Shown: piece by piece, positions 1-13,798 of the stretch | Layout: each line of letters starts with the position of its first letter | How positions within the stretch are numbered: the first letter of the stretch is position 1 | Assembly: GCF_004010195.1 (NCBI RefSeq) | Contig: NC_057756.1 | Coordinates: 2,978,776-3,042,775, forward strand | Direction: 5' to 3' | Source of the DNA: Chiloscyllium plagiosum | Lineage: Eukaryota | DNA length: 64,000 nt | Notes under the pieces: generated by a model | Databases searched by the model: none | Seen by the model: only the letters and a program-made list of their open reading frames with translations | What the model was told of the DNA's origin: nothing | Position numbers and translations under genes: made by a program

Positions 1-1010
1 GTTGCGAGAGATTTTGTTCTTATTGTACCAGAAAAGCGAGCTCTGTATCTTCCTTCTATGCTGAGATTCGTCCTTGTCACATGTCCGTTAAACTATTTTG
101 CTGTCGTCAGCTAAATTATAGTTCATGCTCGTATGGATTTTTTTAACACAGTCATTCGTGTAGAGGGAGTAGAGACTGAGTCTGAGGACGCTTCCTTCGG
201 GTTTCCAGTGTTGTGTGTTATCGTGGAGGAGTGCAGTCACTTAGCTACTTTGAGGTCTGTGGTTCAGAAAGCTGAAGATGCATTTGAAGAGGTCAGTGGC
301 GACAGCAATCTCACAGAGATTTAACAACATTCTGGAGACAATAATGGTATTAATGGCAGAGCTGTAGGAAATGAGTAGGAATCTGAAAAAGTTGTCCTTG
401 TATCCAGATGTTCTCGGGATGACTGTTGGGCTAGGGATGTGACCTGTTAGGTTGGTTGGCGATTTGTAGGCAATTGCAGCAGCCTTGGAGATTGGAGTTG
501 CTGGAGACAAGGAGCAGCTTGTCGAAACTCTTCATGATTATTGAAGTCAATATAACTAGGTGGTAATCATTAAGGCAAATTGCATGTGCTTTCTTAGATA
601 TTAGGATAATGGTGCATCGGTGAAGCAGGTGGGCACTTTGGCTTGTCGGGGAAAGAGCTTGAAGATGTTGATGAATGCTTCCGCCAATTGGTCCGAGTAG
701 GATCACAACATCCGCCACGAACACCATCCAGGCTCGTAAATGTGCTTGGGTTTACTGCCAGGATATCCGATCTGATTTCAGCTGTGGTATGTGCATTTGG
801 GGCTGTTGCTGAAGTTGTCACTGCATCTCTGGCATTATGCTCAAACCAAACATAAAACGTATCGAGCTTGTTAAGTAGGGATATATCATTGCGTGGTTTC
901 TTGCTGTTGGAATCAACACACCAATCCAGTTTCATGTAGAGTTTAGCTGAGAGGCAAAGATCGACTTCTGCAATTTGAGTTTTAAGTAAGGCAATGTTCA
1001 ATGGAGACAA
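1..1010 (-). mobile_element. Degenerate Rex1/Babar-like non-LTR retrotransposon RT fragment
   Basis: Frameshifted minus-strand peptides (LNKLDTFYVWFE, CLNDYHLVILTSIIMKSFDKL, FRFLLISYSSAINTI) match the Rex1/Babar ORF pattern and resemble the copy at 58740-62870. Confidence 0.75.
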
Positions 1011-1652
1011 ATACTGCCCAGAGTAAACAGAAAAGCCAGCTCACAGAAACATTAAGAACTGTGAAGGGTGTGAAAAATGCTATTTGTCAGCAATCTGTGC
1101 CATGAGAAGAAAAACATGATTCTTACAAAAATTAAACCTAGATATCGAAGGAGGAAAAGTCAGAAATAACATTATACTAACGGGTTTGCGAACTGCAAAC
1201 AAGTCTACAAATCACAGATCAGACAACAATGCAAAGTTAAAAATTATTTACAATCAATTATTAAGAACAGCTAGCAAAAGTAACGAAGGGACAGCCGGCA
1301 AATGCATTAAAAATAGAATAATTCATACTTATATGAAACGTGAAAAGGCTGTTTACGAGTACTACTGGCCTACTAAAGGCAGAGAATGGAGATGTTCTCA
1401 TCGACCACGGGAAATGACATGTATGCTGAACACTTATCGTGCTTGGGTATTGAGAGCATAAAAGGAGACTAGCTTGCCAGAGGTCGACTCCCTTTCTCGC
1501 CAAGAATTATTCCGAGCATCATGGATAGAGTCTAAATGAAATTTGCTTAACTGAATCATCAATAATGCAAAAAATAATTGAACTGAAAATATGCTTCTAA
1601 TTATATAAAACGATAAAACATGTTGCAATGTCATGTTTTTTTTTCCTTCTAG

Positions 1653-1688
1653 ATCTTAAAGAGCTGAAGGGTAGATTGGAAATGCTTG
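1653..1688 (+). CDS. 36-nt phase-1 micro-exon, (D)LKELKGRLEML
   Basis: Acceptor tttttttttccttctag, donor G|gtgagt, open in phase 1. Lies left of the scaffold gap. Confidence 0.75.
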
Positions 1689-1779
1689 GTGAGTAAAAAT
1701 AGCTTTTCCACATCTAGTCCATAAAATATGTTGTTGTTGCTTTAAATATATTTCTATAAACATATTTAATTAAAAGCTT

Positions 1780-2930
1780 TTTTTTACTTCTTTTACAAAA
1801 CATTTATACATAAAGAAAAAATAATCATCAGACCAGAAAAGAAGTATAAAAATCAAAACAAACATATTGAATAAACACTGGCTTAACTTACATTCAAGTT
1901 ACTTAAATTATATACTGTCAACTTACTTTTTTTCTGTATTACTCATCAAAACTCCACTGAGGCTCCCATCCCTGGGAGTAACCCTACAGTACCCATATTC
2001 GTTTTCTTCCAATCTCCTCGTCCTCCCGGAGCCCCACGGGTGCCCATAAAATATTCCATTGCAATAACACGGCCCTGACTCATCTTGCCGACAAGTCAGC
2101 TTCAATGTAATTTTAAAAGGGCCGCCACATCCTATAAAACTGTTTCGTGTTGTGTTGCAACAGATTTGTGAGGTAATCTTGGGGGAGAATCTCCATCACC
2201 AGCTTACGCCACACCGTAAGACTTGATGTCCACTTTAGTAAAATGTTCTTCCTAGCGCAATTGGCAAGGATATGACACAGTCTCTTCCTATGTTCTCCCA
2301 GAGAGGGCAAGTTTGGCAGCCCCAAAAGAAGAATTACAGGATCCATGTTCATTTCAGTCCACAGAATGCCTTTTAACTCCCTTACTATAGCACTCTAATA
2401 TCTATGGATATTCTAACATTACTAATAACAATCTGTGTGAGTGCCTATATGAATCTTACATTTCGAACATTCTAGGGACACGCCTCTCTTAAACTTAGCG
2501 AGCGTTTCTGGTGCCGTATGAGACGTATCTATGATCTTCAAGTGCATAAACTGTGCTACTGTTACATACTGAAATTGTCCTTGCATTCCCCTAGATATCT
2601 TCCCATATCTCCGGTGAAATGTCCTGTCCTAACTCGCGGTACCACGTCCTTCCATATCGCCCAGAGCACAGCCTCTCTGTAAATGATATAACGTACTAAG
2701 TGAAAGAGTACCCGTACACCAAAGCACTCTTTTCTCCACATCTGATTTATAACATTGGGCCAGGGGTGTGGTCTTCCTCTATATATAATCCCTTATCTGG
2801 AAGTATTGGAAAATGGCCTTAATGGATAACCCATATTTATGACTTAACTGACTGAATGACTTCAGGACTCTCCCTCGAACAAATCTCCCAAACATAGAAT
2901 TCCTTTCTCTTACCTTGATCCTAACATTCA
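1780..2930 (-). mobile_element. L1/Tx1-like LINE ORF2 3' fragment
   Basis: Minus-strand peptides ILANCARKNILLKW...QFYRMWRPF and FQYFQIRDYI are typical of the L1/Tx1 ORF2 C-terminus; an A-rich tail lies near 1780. Confidence 0.7.
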
Positions 2931-3225
2931 TAGCATAGTGGTTCTCACTGTTTCCATAGAACGCCAGGATCCTGGAGTCGATTTTTTGTGTGGAACGTGC
3001 CCATTCGCAAAGTGTCTGCAAGGGTTTCCTCCGGATACTCCGTATTCCTCCCACAATCCAAAGATGTGCAGATTCGGTGAATTGGCAATGCTATATTGCC
3101 CATCGTGATCAGGACTATATAGTGTCTGTGCATCATTAAGGGTAAGTGCACATAAAAATGTGTTGGGGAATGGGTCTGGGTGGGTGACGGCTCAGAGAGT
3201 TGGTGTGGACGTTTTGGGCCAAATG
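2930..3225 (+). mobile_element. HE1-type SINE, truncated by the gap
   Basis: gggtttcctccgg...ctcccacaatccaaagatgtgcag...ggtgaattggc core shared with the other HE1 copies. Confidence 0.8.
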
Positions 3226-3725
3226 NNNNNNNNNNNNNNNNNNNNNNNNNNNNNNNNNNNNNNNNNNNNNNNNNNNNNNNNNNNNNNNNNNNNNNNNNNN
3301 NNNNNNNNNNNNNNNNNNNNNNNNNNNNNNNNNNNNNNNNNNNNNNNNNNNNNNNNNNNNNNNNNNNNNNNNNNNNNNNNNNNNNNNNNNNNNNNNNNNN
3401 NNNNNNNNNNNNNNNNNNNNNNNNNNNNNNNNNNNNNNNNNNNNNNNNNNNNNNNNNNNNNNNNNNNNNNNNNNNNNNNNNNNNNNNNNNNNNNNNNNNN
3501 NNNNNNNNNNNNNNNNNNNNNNNNNNNNNNNNNNNNNNNNNNNNNNNNNNNNNNNNNNNNNNNNNNNNNNNNNNNNNNNNNNNNNNNNNNNNNNNNNNNN
3601 NNNNNNNNNNNNNNNNNNNNNNNNNNNNNNNNNNNNNNNNNNNNNNNNNNNNNNNNNNNNNNNNNNNNNNNNNNNNNNNNNNNNNNNNNNNNNNNNNNNN
3701 NNNNNNNNNNNNNNNNNNNNNNNNN
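3226..3725. other. Assembly gap (500 N)
   Basis: Run of N; the round size suggests a scaffolding gap of unknown true length. Confidence 0.98.
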
Positions 3726-5585
3726 TCTCCTAGAAGTCGTTTTGCGAATATGTCGATTGCTGAAATTGTTATGCTTGCACGTTAATTCAACGACAACGTC
3801 TCGTGGAGTGTATGTACCAGGCCGTGTACAAATATACTTGTTCGTGCCAAACTATCTTTTTGAGCATTCGAAAAGAAACCAATGTAAACATTCTGTCCAT
3901 TCTTGCAGTCCATTTTTTTCAAAAAACAAAATCTCTGAAATCAATATATTTGCATGACAATTCTGACATTTAATCATTTGCTTTTGGAAACAGAAGGATC
4001 ATTTCTCTATGCTGTGCTGATGTTGAACAGCACTGTGTCCGTGTTCTGCATTCATTAACTAAGAAGCACAATTTTGCTTCAAAATTTGTCATTGAACTTT
4101 GAGTACGCTTTCGCGAAGAAATGCTCTTCATTCTCATCAAGGACGTAAATGTCTAGTACTTTCCCATTCAATGTTCACTTGTGTATTTGTACCATAGAGT
4201 GATAGTTCCTCAATCGGGACTCATGCAACGTGGAAATGTACCGTTCAATCCAACCAGTCCACAGCAACCAAGTTTGTCAACTGAACCTCTCTGCGCTTCG
4301 GTCATATTGGACAAAATCTTTCCTGTTCATGTCCGTTAAATGCTGTAACTATGTATGCACTCGCCACTTTCTCTGACATTTCATCACAACAAAATATCCA
4401 GAAAGAAAAAGTCGTTTTCACAAACTTATCGTGAACAGCTTTTATTGGTGTATTTCATATTAGTTAGCACCGCTTCTGTACATACTATCCTCGGTGAAAA
4501 ATACAGTTCATATTTTTTTATAAAAAGCAGATCTTTGTATTTTCGTGCAACAATGTAACCATCTCTTATCCTTGTTTTCGAAATCACTGGCATCCACTAA
4601 TCTTTGTGGCTTCTGTACTAACCCTTATGTTTCTGCAACAATATTATGATGAATGCAATAAATTTGGAAGCCATGTATAATGTTTATAATTTGCATTCAT
4701 TAATCCAGTGATTGCAGGGGTAACGTTAATTGCACATCCCTAATTTTCATTGAGAATGTACCACAATGCTGAGTCCTGGATTTGCATTTCTATCAGTGGC
4801 TTCAAATCAAATGACAAAAATACAAAATTTCATTTTTCATGCATTTCCTGAGTTGTTTATTTCATGCACCAAATGTGATTACAGGAATGCATCGGCTTCA
4901 AAATATATCGAAAGGTCTTTTTTATTAATCTGTTTATGTTTCTCTTTATTCACTGATGAACAACGTGTCTGCACAAACCAAGCAAAATACGTGTTCAGAT
5001 TAAAAATTGGAATTGCTTGAAATCCTCAGTAGTTCTGGCAGCATTGGTGCAGAGAAACTCAAGTTCACATTTCCCGTCGAGTGAAACTTTTTCAGAACTC
5101 AAAACTTGCATTCGAATAGTTTCGATGTTTTCCCCAGTGCGAACGCAGATGGAAATAAATTTTGCAAGCATATTTGGGCAATACTGTTGGGGTGGTTTGG
5201 AACAAAACATCAAATGGCACGTGCCTGCATATGCACTGATTCGTTTGGAGATTCGAAGGTATTAGTAATTAAAGTTGAAATAGTTTCAATTCTCGGTTGA
5301 TAGATTTTCCTGCATTGCATAAAATTCTCTCTTTTTCCTTGTTGCTGAAACTATTCCTACTGCACAAATGTCCATCAGGGGAAATTCCTGCTGGACTTCA
5401 TTTATTATTATTTGAGATAGTACCAAGGAAGCGGCTCCACATTTTGAACATTACTCTGCTTTTTAATAACCTTATATTTTAGTATTCAGGAAGGTTGGCC
5501 ATGTGCCAATAATCAGCTCTTGCAAGTTGAAGGTTCTGAATTTACTTTTGGGGCAACAAATTTCGGAATTGTGTTCGTTAATTAG

Positions 5586-5603
5586 ACTTTGAATCTCTGT
5601 ATG
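5586..5603 (+). CDS. Candidate 18-nt phase-1 micro-exon, (D)FESLY
   Basis: Perfect donor G|gtaagt, modest acceptor gtgttcgttaattag. Confidence 0.4.
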
Positions 5604-6178
5604 GTAAGTGAATCCAAAAACAAGACATGAAGAGCAGATGCAATCCAAAGGTTAATACAACTCGTTATTTTCTTCCAATTTGCGCTATATTCTCAATGTC
5701 CTTATTACATGTTCTGTCTGCAACTGTCCGCAATAGCTCCAGTTCGCTTCAACTTTCCAACTGTATTTTAGACGTTAAAATGGTAATCTTTAAACTCCGA
5801 AAGTGTTAGTATTATTGTTAATAATTGAGGATAGGTTTCGACCAGAGCCAATTCACATTCACGGCCCACTACTGCTACTGATGATAATAGGCAAAGAGAA
5901 CCATTCTAGTCTTAGAATCGGAGAAACTATAAAACATAAGATACCATCGGAGACTAATATTATTTCCACGCAAATAAACAAAACGTTTGTGTCACTTGCG
6001 TCCCACAATACATTCTTAGGTATAAGATAAGGGACATGATAATTGCATCGAAAATCATAAACATCATTGCAGAGTAGACACGAAATAAACACGAGGAAAT
6101 TGAGCATTATGCAACTTATCTTCGCAACTTGAGAGAGCAAAATGTTTTACAAATATGTTGATATGGTTTCCTCAACAG

Positions 6179-6205
6179 ATAATGAAATACTATTGAAAGA
6201 TCATG
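6179..6205 (+). CDS. 27-nt phase-1 micro-exon, (D)NEILLKDH
   Basis: ggtttcctcaacag| ... G|gtaatg, open frame. Confidence 0.6.
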
Positions 6206-6514
6206 GTAATGAGCGTTTTAATATTCTCTGCATTGAATATCAAGAACTGTCGTTGACCTGTTTATACATGTGTATAATTTCTCATAGGGTATAGACGTTT
6301 TGGAATTTCAATTGTAAGCACGTTATTTATTGTGTTCGAAAATGCTATCGGAATTTTTTATTCGCAGTTGCTATAGATTACGATTCTCACGTGGTCTTTA
6401 ATGTGACAATACTGGATGTATTACTTTATTTTACTGTAACAGAAAATGACGAAATAATTTGCAACTTAGTTTGATGAGCATGTATATCTTTATCTGATAT
6501 GTCATTACTTTCTT

Positions 6515-6705
6515 CTTAATTCAAAGATGTCCATGTTAGTTGGATTGGACATGCTAAACTGTCCATAGTGCGTTGGGGTATATGAAGTACAAGTGATTTA
6601 GCTAAGCTAAACGTGTGTTCAAGGGGAAATGCAACGTAGCTGGGTCCAGATGGGATGCTGTTTGTCGGATCAGTGTATAGCTTATGGGCTGAATGGCTTG
6701 TCTCT
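6515..6705 (+). mobile_element. HE1-type SINE 3' fragment
   Basis: caaagatgtccatgttagttggattggacatgctaaactgtccatagtg matches the HE1 body. Confidence 0.65.
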
Positions 6706-7350
6706 TTAATTTTCAACACCTGTGTCAGGAGGAAGCTGCACTTCTGGTGCAAGCTAATCGTTTATTTTTACTTGAAGGAAGTCCTGAGTGCTCCTTGATT
6801 CAAATCGACTTGTTGTAAATTATAATGAACATTTGTTTTCCACCTTTCTTGTTGAATCTGTTTTGCTTTTCGTATTCGTTGCCTGATGATCAAGGACACG
6901 GATGTCACATTGGACATTAATACATTCTGGCCACTTATTCACTATTCATCGATATGCATCACCTAGGATCGCACCATATGTTTTAACCCATTCCACTGAT
7001 TTAAGTTTATCAATTTAAGATTTAAGTTGATTCATCATGACAGAGCATATTTCCACCAACCTTTGTTACAGTTGCCGTATCAGAAATATACAATCTGGAC
7101 TCCACCTCCAATTCATTGATAAAGATTGTAAAGGCATCAGCAAGCACTGATCCTTTCGACATATAAACACTTACTGTCGTTAATCTTTAGTAACCTTTTG
7201 AACATCAAACCAAATTCCATGGAAATTATTTGTGGTTAAGTCCTACTGAAAACGTTATCAAAAACCATCCAATTGCCATTCCAATCTTAATGCGATGAAA
7301 GAGTTAAATAATAATCCAGCAGAAATTCAGACTGTCTATTTACCTTCCAG

Positions 7351-7377
7351 ATGAACAAATGGGAGAACTTCAAAAAG
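7351..7377 (+). CDS. 27-nt phase-1 micro-exon, (D)EQMGELQK
   Basis: tctatttaccttccag| ... AAG|gtaaca, open frame. Confidence 0.7.
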
Positions 7378-7964
7378 GTAACAATGTGGAGACTAGCAAT
7401 GTTAAGTACCTCCTTTGTGGTTCGGTACATAAATGTCAGTAATTAATTACATAAACGCTATGTTATTAAATTCATTAGTATGCTTTAAATAAAAAAGAAA
7501 TTGAATGTTTTTTGGTAACTTCCCGTACAGATACAGCAGTAGTTTCAATGTGTTAGAATGAGAAATCTCGACATTAGATCGCTGAGCTGATACGTAGCAC
7601 ATCATGACTGATGTGACAACTTTGACAACTTTGACAAACAAAAATGGTGACAGTGGACGATTGAATGAAATGAATACCATCTTCAATGTTTAGAAAATCA
7701 CATTTTACGAGTCTTTTTTAACACTGTGAATGACACGGGCAGGGCATCCCCATTGACAAAAAAATGCAAAGACACTAAGAGAAGGAGAGGAATGTTTTGC
7801 AAAATGCACTGAAAGCTCCCAGTGGCGATCAGGAAGAAATGCATTGTCTTCGACCAACTCTATGGAGAAACGACAAAGGTACTCCAGGCAAATGACGACT
7901 ATGCACCAGTTTATTTTCTAACATATTCCTTTGATTTATAATGTTAAACGAATGCTTCTGTTGC

Positions 7965-9280
7965 AGGGAAAATGTTTGAGTCTATTATGAAGGAAGGAAA
8001 TAAAAACAAGGTATCTAGATAGAAATTGCACATTTAGACAGATACAGCATGGGTTCATGAAGTGCAAGTCAAGTGTATGTAATACTTTGTAATTCTATGA
8101 ACCAGTAGATGTGGTGTATCTAGATTTCTAAAACACATTCGACATGGTTCCACACAAGAGACTGCACATAATATAATGGTGAAAGACATTACAAGCAATG
8201 TTTTTGCATGCATAGATAGAGTTAAAGTATACAACAAAACCAAGGAGCGGGCCTACATCAGTGCTAGTATTATTGCAAACTCAATTATTCACAATTTACA
8301 TTGATAATTTATAGTTGGAGATCCCGTTTCATGTATCAACGTCTGTGGATAACACTGCTATGAATGGTGGCGCAAAATGTACAGAGGAATGTGAAAACTT
8401 AAAACAGAACATAGCTAGTTTAAGTGAGTGGGGAAATGTCTGTCAGATGGAGTGCAATGTTAATCAATGTGAAATCATCCATGTCGGTCAGAATAATGGT
8501 TAAAATTTTTAATCGAATGGTTAAAAAAGCATGCAGCACACTGCTGTTCAGAGGGTTCTTTGGTGTCCTTGGACATAAGTCAGAACAGTTTGGTTAACAA
8601 GTGCAACAGATAATTAAGAAGGCAAATGGAATTTTATCCTACAATGCTTTGGGATTAAGTTTAAAATCAGGAATGTTATGTTACATCTGGATCGGGTGCT
8701 GATGAGGCAAAACCTGGAACATTACGTGCAGTTTTGGTTTTCTTACTTGAGAAAGGATATTCTGGCATTAGAGGGAGATGTACACGAGGTACACTAGGTT
8801 GATTCCGGAATTGAGGGGTTTGTTTTATGAGGATAAACTGAGTAGACTGGGACTATATTCATTGGGATTTCGAAAAACGGGTTGAATCTTGCAGAAATAT
8901 ACAAAATTATGAAATGAGCTGATATAATAGAAGTGGCAATGATGTTTCCACTGACGGGGGAATCCGGGACAAGAAGGCACACCATCAAAATTAGAGGGAA
9001 CAGATTAAGGACAGAATTGAGAAGGAATGTCTTCCTCCAAATAATTGTGAATCTATGGAATTCCCTATCCAATTAAGTGATCGAGGCTTCCTCAATAATG
9101 TTTTTAAAGCGAAGATAGATAATATATTGAACCCTAAAGAAATTACATTTTACGGTGAGAGGGCGGTTAAGTGGAGCTGAGGACAGGAAAAGATCAGCCA
9201 TGAACTTATTGTTTGGTGGAGAAGACTCAAACGATCGGATGTCCTACTCCTGCTCCCAGTTATTGTGTTCTTTTGTTCTT
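7965..9280 (+). mobile_element. Degenerate CR1 LINE 3' half
   Basis: RT and C-terminal remnants (WGNVCQMECNVNQCEIIHVG) followed by a CR1-type 3' UTR. Confidence 0.8.
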
Positions 9281-11104
9281 ATGTTAAACTGGTCACAAAT
9301 ATCACTCGTTGGACGACATTTACAATGCGGTACCGTTATATTGTGAAAGTATTCCATCGATGAAGCTCGATATTTCATGGATAAACTGGATGATTACATT
9401 TTTTAATAAAACCAAGCATTTTGCCAATGGAAAAACACTGAACAGAGATTGAAAATCCATTCAGAATATATTAAAAATGCAACAAACGCACACAATTCTT
9501 CTTGAACGAGCTGTACTTCCTGTACATTAGAACTTGAAATTTTCTTCCAGTTACAATAGTAATTGATTAGCAGTTTGAGTGATTTGCATGACATTAAAAT
9601 AACTTGAATATAATCAAGAATAGCAATGGAAGTGCTGAGGTCTCCAGAATTAAGGTTAAAACGGTTACAGCAATAATGTTGCAATACTGGAATTAAACAG
9701 ATGAAAGCGCAACTACAGTATGAACTGGCTGTCACAGGGGATGCCGGGTAATGCATGTGCACTTCTTAATAGTTTCCTATGGATATGTATTGATTTTATT
9801 TAATGTCATTCCTACATCCTTGCATTCCATTTCCGTTTAGGAAAGTGCACACACTTTGAAATACTGATCAGTAGATCCGTTCTTCAAAGTTAAGTATATT
9901 GATTCGATAATCTCGTATAATTCTGATATTGTATTCAATACAGAAATTATTATTTTCCAATTCACATGGAAATGGCGTAATGGTAAAGGAAGGCAGTGGA
10001 TGCGTGATCAGAAATAAACAGCAACAGAAATTAATCGGGAAAGCCAGTTGCGGAATTAGGGAGGGAATTCTAGGACATGGCATCAGCGACAGGAAGGAAC
10101 AGTGATTGCAAGTCGGAACGCTGAGTGGCTTGGAGAGAACTTGTAAGTAGCTGTGTTGGAGTATTGACAGCGTCCGATGAATGCCCAATTTGAAGTTATT
10201 AGATAGGTTCGCATTCTGTGCCATTTAGCACAGTAATAGTGCCGCAAAACACAATGGAGCTTATTCTCGACTTGAAGTTTGGAATTTTCTCCGAAGACTT
10301 CTGCGATGCTTACTTGTACTGCGACTGTTTTTGACAGGAATATCTGCAGGTGGTATTCTGGTACAAATGATGTTGAGTATTTTTGTTCCCGTGCTAATGG
10401 GTCTGTCATTTCCTGCTGGAGCTCCAGCCCAGCAGTTAATTCCTGTGAGACCCGACCAGCTCGATCAGTCATACTGCTGCTAGTCTACTGTTGATGGTTG
10501 ACTTTTATATTCTTCACTCAGAATACATTTTTGTGACCGTGCCATCATCATTGTGCCAGTCCTCCATGTTGTCAAGGGAAAACAATACGTAGTAAACAAC
10601 AAGCAGTTTACTTTCCCACGTTTTACCAGAAGCCACGTAACTTCATATGATCCAGAACAAATTTTGACCACTCGCAGGGCAACTCCATTCACCTGTATAT
10701 CACTTTGGTGCCACCACTGCTGTGTCTGTCAGGTTAAGTTGAAGTGGATATATTCAGAGTTAGTGGTAGCAATGTATGAGACTTTGCCTGTAAATTATGG
10801 TTCTGCGAAAATGAATATGTCATGCTGATGCTTGATTCATATGCTAACAAATTTGGCATCGGGCTCACATTTTATTAAGGAGACCTTTACGGGGTAGACA
10901 GGGCTTTTGTCGCCAATGTGTTTTCTGGTGTCTTTGTCGATGCCATGTGATCTGTCAGGGTTCCTTTATTTTAGATCATTTATCATTAGTGTTAACGTGG
11001 CTGTTTTGATAACACTTTAATGGAAATCACTTTCATAATTGCAAACTTTCCCATAGACAAAGAAAATAGTGAATGTTCATCAGGTTTTTGTGAATATACT
11101 CAAA

Positions 11105-12210
11105 ACATTCGTCATGGTGGACTCGTTTGCAGGGTGAGATCACATGGAATGCAGGGAGATCTAATCATTTGCATGCAAAACAGAGGATGGTGATGGAGGT
11201 TTTTTTTTATCAATTAGTGGCCTGTAACCCAGCGGTATGCAACAAGAATCGATGCTGGATGCTATACAAATGATTTTAGAAGTGAACATAGGAGGTATAG
11301 TTAGTAAGATGGCAGTTTGCAAGTGACACCAAAATTGGAGATGTGGCAGACGGCGAAGAAGATTACCTTAGGTTACAACGGGATCTTGTTCAAACTGGCC
11401 ACTTAGTGGAAGATGAATTTTAATTTAGATACAAAATGAGGCTCTGCATTTTGGAAAGACAAATCAAGGCATGACTAATACTTTTAATGGTAAGGTCCTA
11501 GGAGGTGTTGCTGAACAAAGAAATCTTGGAGTGCAGTTCATAGTTCTTTGAAAGTACAGTCTCAGGTAGATGGAACAGTGAAGCAGTCGTTTGTTATGCT
11601 TGCCTTTTATTGGTGGCAGCATTGAGTATAGGAGATGGGAGATCATGTTGTGGCTGCACTGGACCTTGGTGAGGCTACTTTTGGAACATTGTGTGTAATT
11701 TTAGTCTTCCTTCTTTTGGAATAATGCTGCGTAGTTAAAAGATTTCAGCAATGACTTACAAGCATGTTGCCAGGTTAGGAGGGCTTGAACTTAAGGGAGA
11801 TGCTGTATCGGCTGGCAGTGTTGCTCCTGGAGCATCCGAGGGTGAGGAGAGAGAGTATAGAGTTTTATTAAATCATGAGGGGAATGGATAGAACAAATCA
11901 AGAATGTATTTTACCTGCATTGATGGAGTTTATAACCAGAGGGCGTAGCTTTATGGTGAGGGGAATTGATTTAAAAAGGACTGAAGGGGCAACTTTTTCA
12001 CACACAGGGTGGTATATGTATTAATGAGCTGCTGGAGGAAGTGGTGGAAGCTGGGACTCCTTCAATCGTTAAAAGTCATCTGGATGGGTATATTAATAGG
12101 AAAGGTTGAGAGAGATTTGGACCTATCTGGTCGGAATGGACGAGTTGGCCAGAAGAGTTGTTTGCAGTGTTGCACATCTCTCTGTATCTATAACTCTATG
12201 ACTGAATGAT
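11105..12210 (+). mobile_element. Degenerate CR1/HER1-like LINE 3' fragment
   Basis: tttgcaagtgacaccaaaattggag (decayed FADDTKIG), collinear with 54500-55500; ends in tctataactctatgact. Confidence 0.85.
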
Positions 12211-12559
12211 TGAATGGCTTCTGAAATACAAACAAAAATGGTTAGCATTGTGTTGTGTTTTACTTCATGGTTTCCGTATTTAAACGTTGGGTACCCCTTG
12301 AGATATATAATGATATGGAATAATTAAATAAACCTGCTCCTAATGTGGACCCAAGGGCATTTAGTTAGGGACAATTAATTCTCTCTGCTCAAATGGTTAC
12401 ATTCCTTGAATAAATAAATCAAAATTCGGGACTCGAATTTGAATGGAAGTTTGATGAGACTATTATTTATCTGTTATAGAGAAGAATTAACTTCGTCAAA
12501 GAATGTTTCTCTGCAAAGTGGAATGTGTTTTCTTTCCTTGCATTTTATTTATCGCCTCG

Positions 12560-12690
12560 TCTTTCTGAAGGAAGTTCACTGTAGTCGAAACTTAACTCTG
12601 TTTTCACTTCACAGCCGCTGTTCACCATGATATTTACTTTTTGTTTCGGATCTGCATCACTCGCAGATCCCTGTTTTAGTTTCTTACATT
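12560..12690 (+). repeat. Penelope-derived terminal fragment with decayed hammerhead-like core
   Basis: ctgaaggaagttcactgtagtcgaaacttaactctg; related fragments near 15500-15600, 21640-21760, 39810-39900 and 50370-50580. Confidence 0.5.
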
Positions 12691-12784
12691 TGTTGCCATT
12701 CTCGTCAAAAGGAAGTAACTCAAAACTGACTAAATGCATTAACTATGTTGAAGTTTTTGTATCTTCTTTTTCCTTCCATTACAG

Positions 12785-12820
12785 AACTGAAAGAATGCAA
12801 AAGTCGTCTTCGAAAGAAAG
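12785..12820 (+). CDS. 36-nt phase-1 micro-exon, (E)LKECKSRLRKK
   Basis: Long pyrimidine tract tcttctttttccttccattacag, perfect donor AAG|gtaagt; aligns with the 1653 exon (xLKExKxRL). Confidence 0.8.
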
Positions 12821-13140
12821 GTAAGTGAAGAGAGACACATTTTACAACTCATCAACATTTTGATTTATTTTCCCCTTTTACCGTATTGCTTTCCTTTTTT
12901 CTGTTTATTGTCAGTTTTTCAAATGTATGATTTGCTTGACCAATGCCATTTTCAAACCAAAACAAAAAGAAGTGTAAACTTATTTTATGTACTGCAAAGT
13001 TCAATGGAACTCATGTATATCACAGAGACAACGAAACCATATCATTCAAAGGCAGGGACTGAAACATTATACAACTGTCAGCAGAGGAATGGGTGACATT
13101 TACTGAATGAAACTAAAATCGTAATGACAATTTAGGCGAA

Positions 13141-13320
13141 CGTGGGTGCTGCAGATGCTGGAGATTAAAGTCAAAAGTAGAGTGACTGCTGGAAAAACAC
13201 GGCAGGTCAGGCAGCATTCGAGGATCAGGAAAATCGACGTTTCGTGCAAAAAAAAACTTTTCATCAGCCCATTCCTGATGAAGAGTTTTTGCCCGATACG
13301 TTGATTTTCCTGCTCCTCAG
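13141..13320. repeat. Penelope-derived palindromic element (partial)
   Basis: Same family as 23635-23864, with inverted arms around ttcatcag...cctgatgaa. Confidence 0.75.
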
Positions 13321-13494
13321 TGATCAGCTATGACTATGTAACAACTGTAAAGAATCTTCTCAAATGAAAAGTGATTGCTCATCACCAAGGTGAATCAGAC
13401 AATATGCTGCAAAACTCAGGTCTTTAATTGAGCACGTAGTTCCATGTCGTCTCTCTTTTTTTGCATTCTCCTTAACCCTATTTGCCAAAGCTAT

Positions 13495-13798
13495 TAGATT
13501 ACTCTACAGTGTGGAAACAGGCCCTTCGGCCCAACAAGTCCACACCGACCCGCCGAAGAGCAAACAACCCATACCCCTACATTTACCCCTTACCTAACAC
13601 TACGGACAATTTATCATGGCCAATTCACCTGACCTGCACATCTTTGGACTGTGAGGGGAAACCGGAGCACACGGAGGAAACCCACGCAGACACGGGGAGA
13701 ATGTGCAAACTCCACACAGTCAGTCGCCTGAGACGGGAATTGAACCCGGGTCACTGCTGTGAGGCAACAGTGCTAACCACTGTGCCACCGTGCCGCCC
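13495..13798 (-). mobile_element. Near-complete HE1-type SINE
   Basis: Reverse complement begins gggcggcacggtggcacagtggttagcactg (tRNA-derived head, box B ggttcaattcc) and ends in a LINE-like tail ...cacactgtagagtaatcta. Confidence 0.92.

Noticed and set aside
3160..3957. Long ORFs in three frames
   Set aside because: Artefacts of translating through the N gap.
5483..5603. 121-nt exon candidate ending at the gtaagt donor
   Set aside because: It has stops in all three frames; only the 18-nt version is open.
10279..10494. ORF with Ig-V-like words (AMLTCTAT...RWY...EYFCSR) and minus-strand C1-like words nearby
   Set aside because: The W-to-YxC spacing is far too short for an Ig domain, with no RSS or convincing splice sites; probably coincidence.
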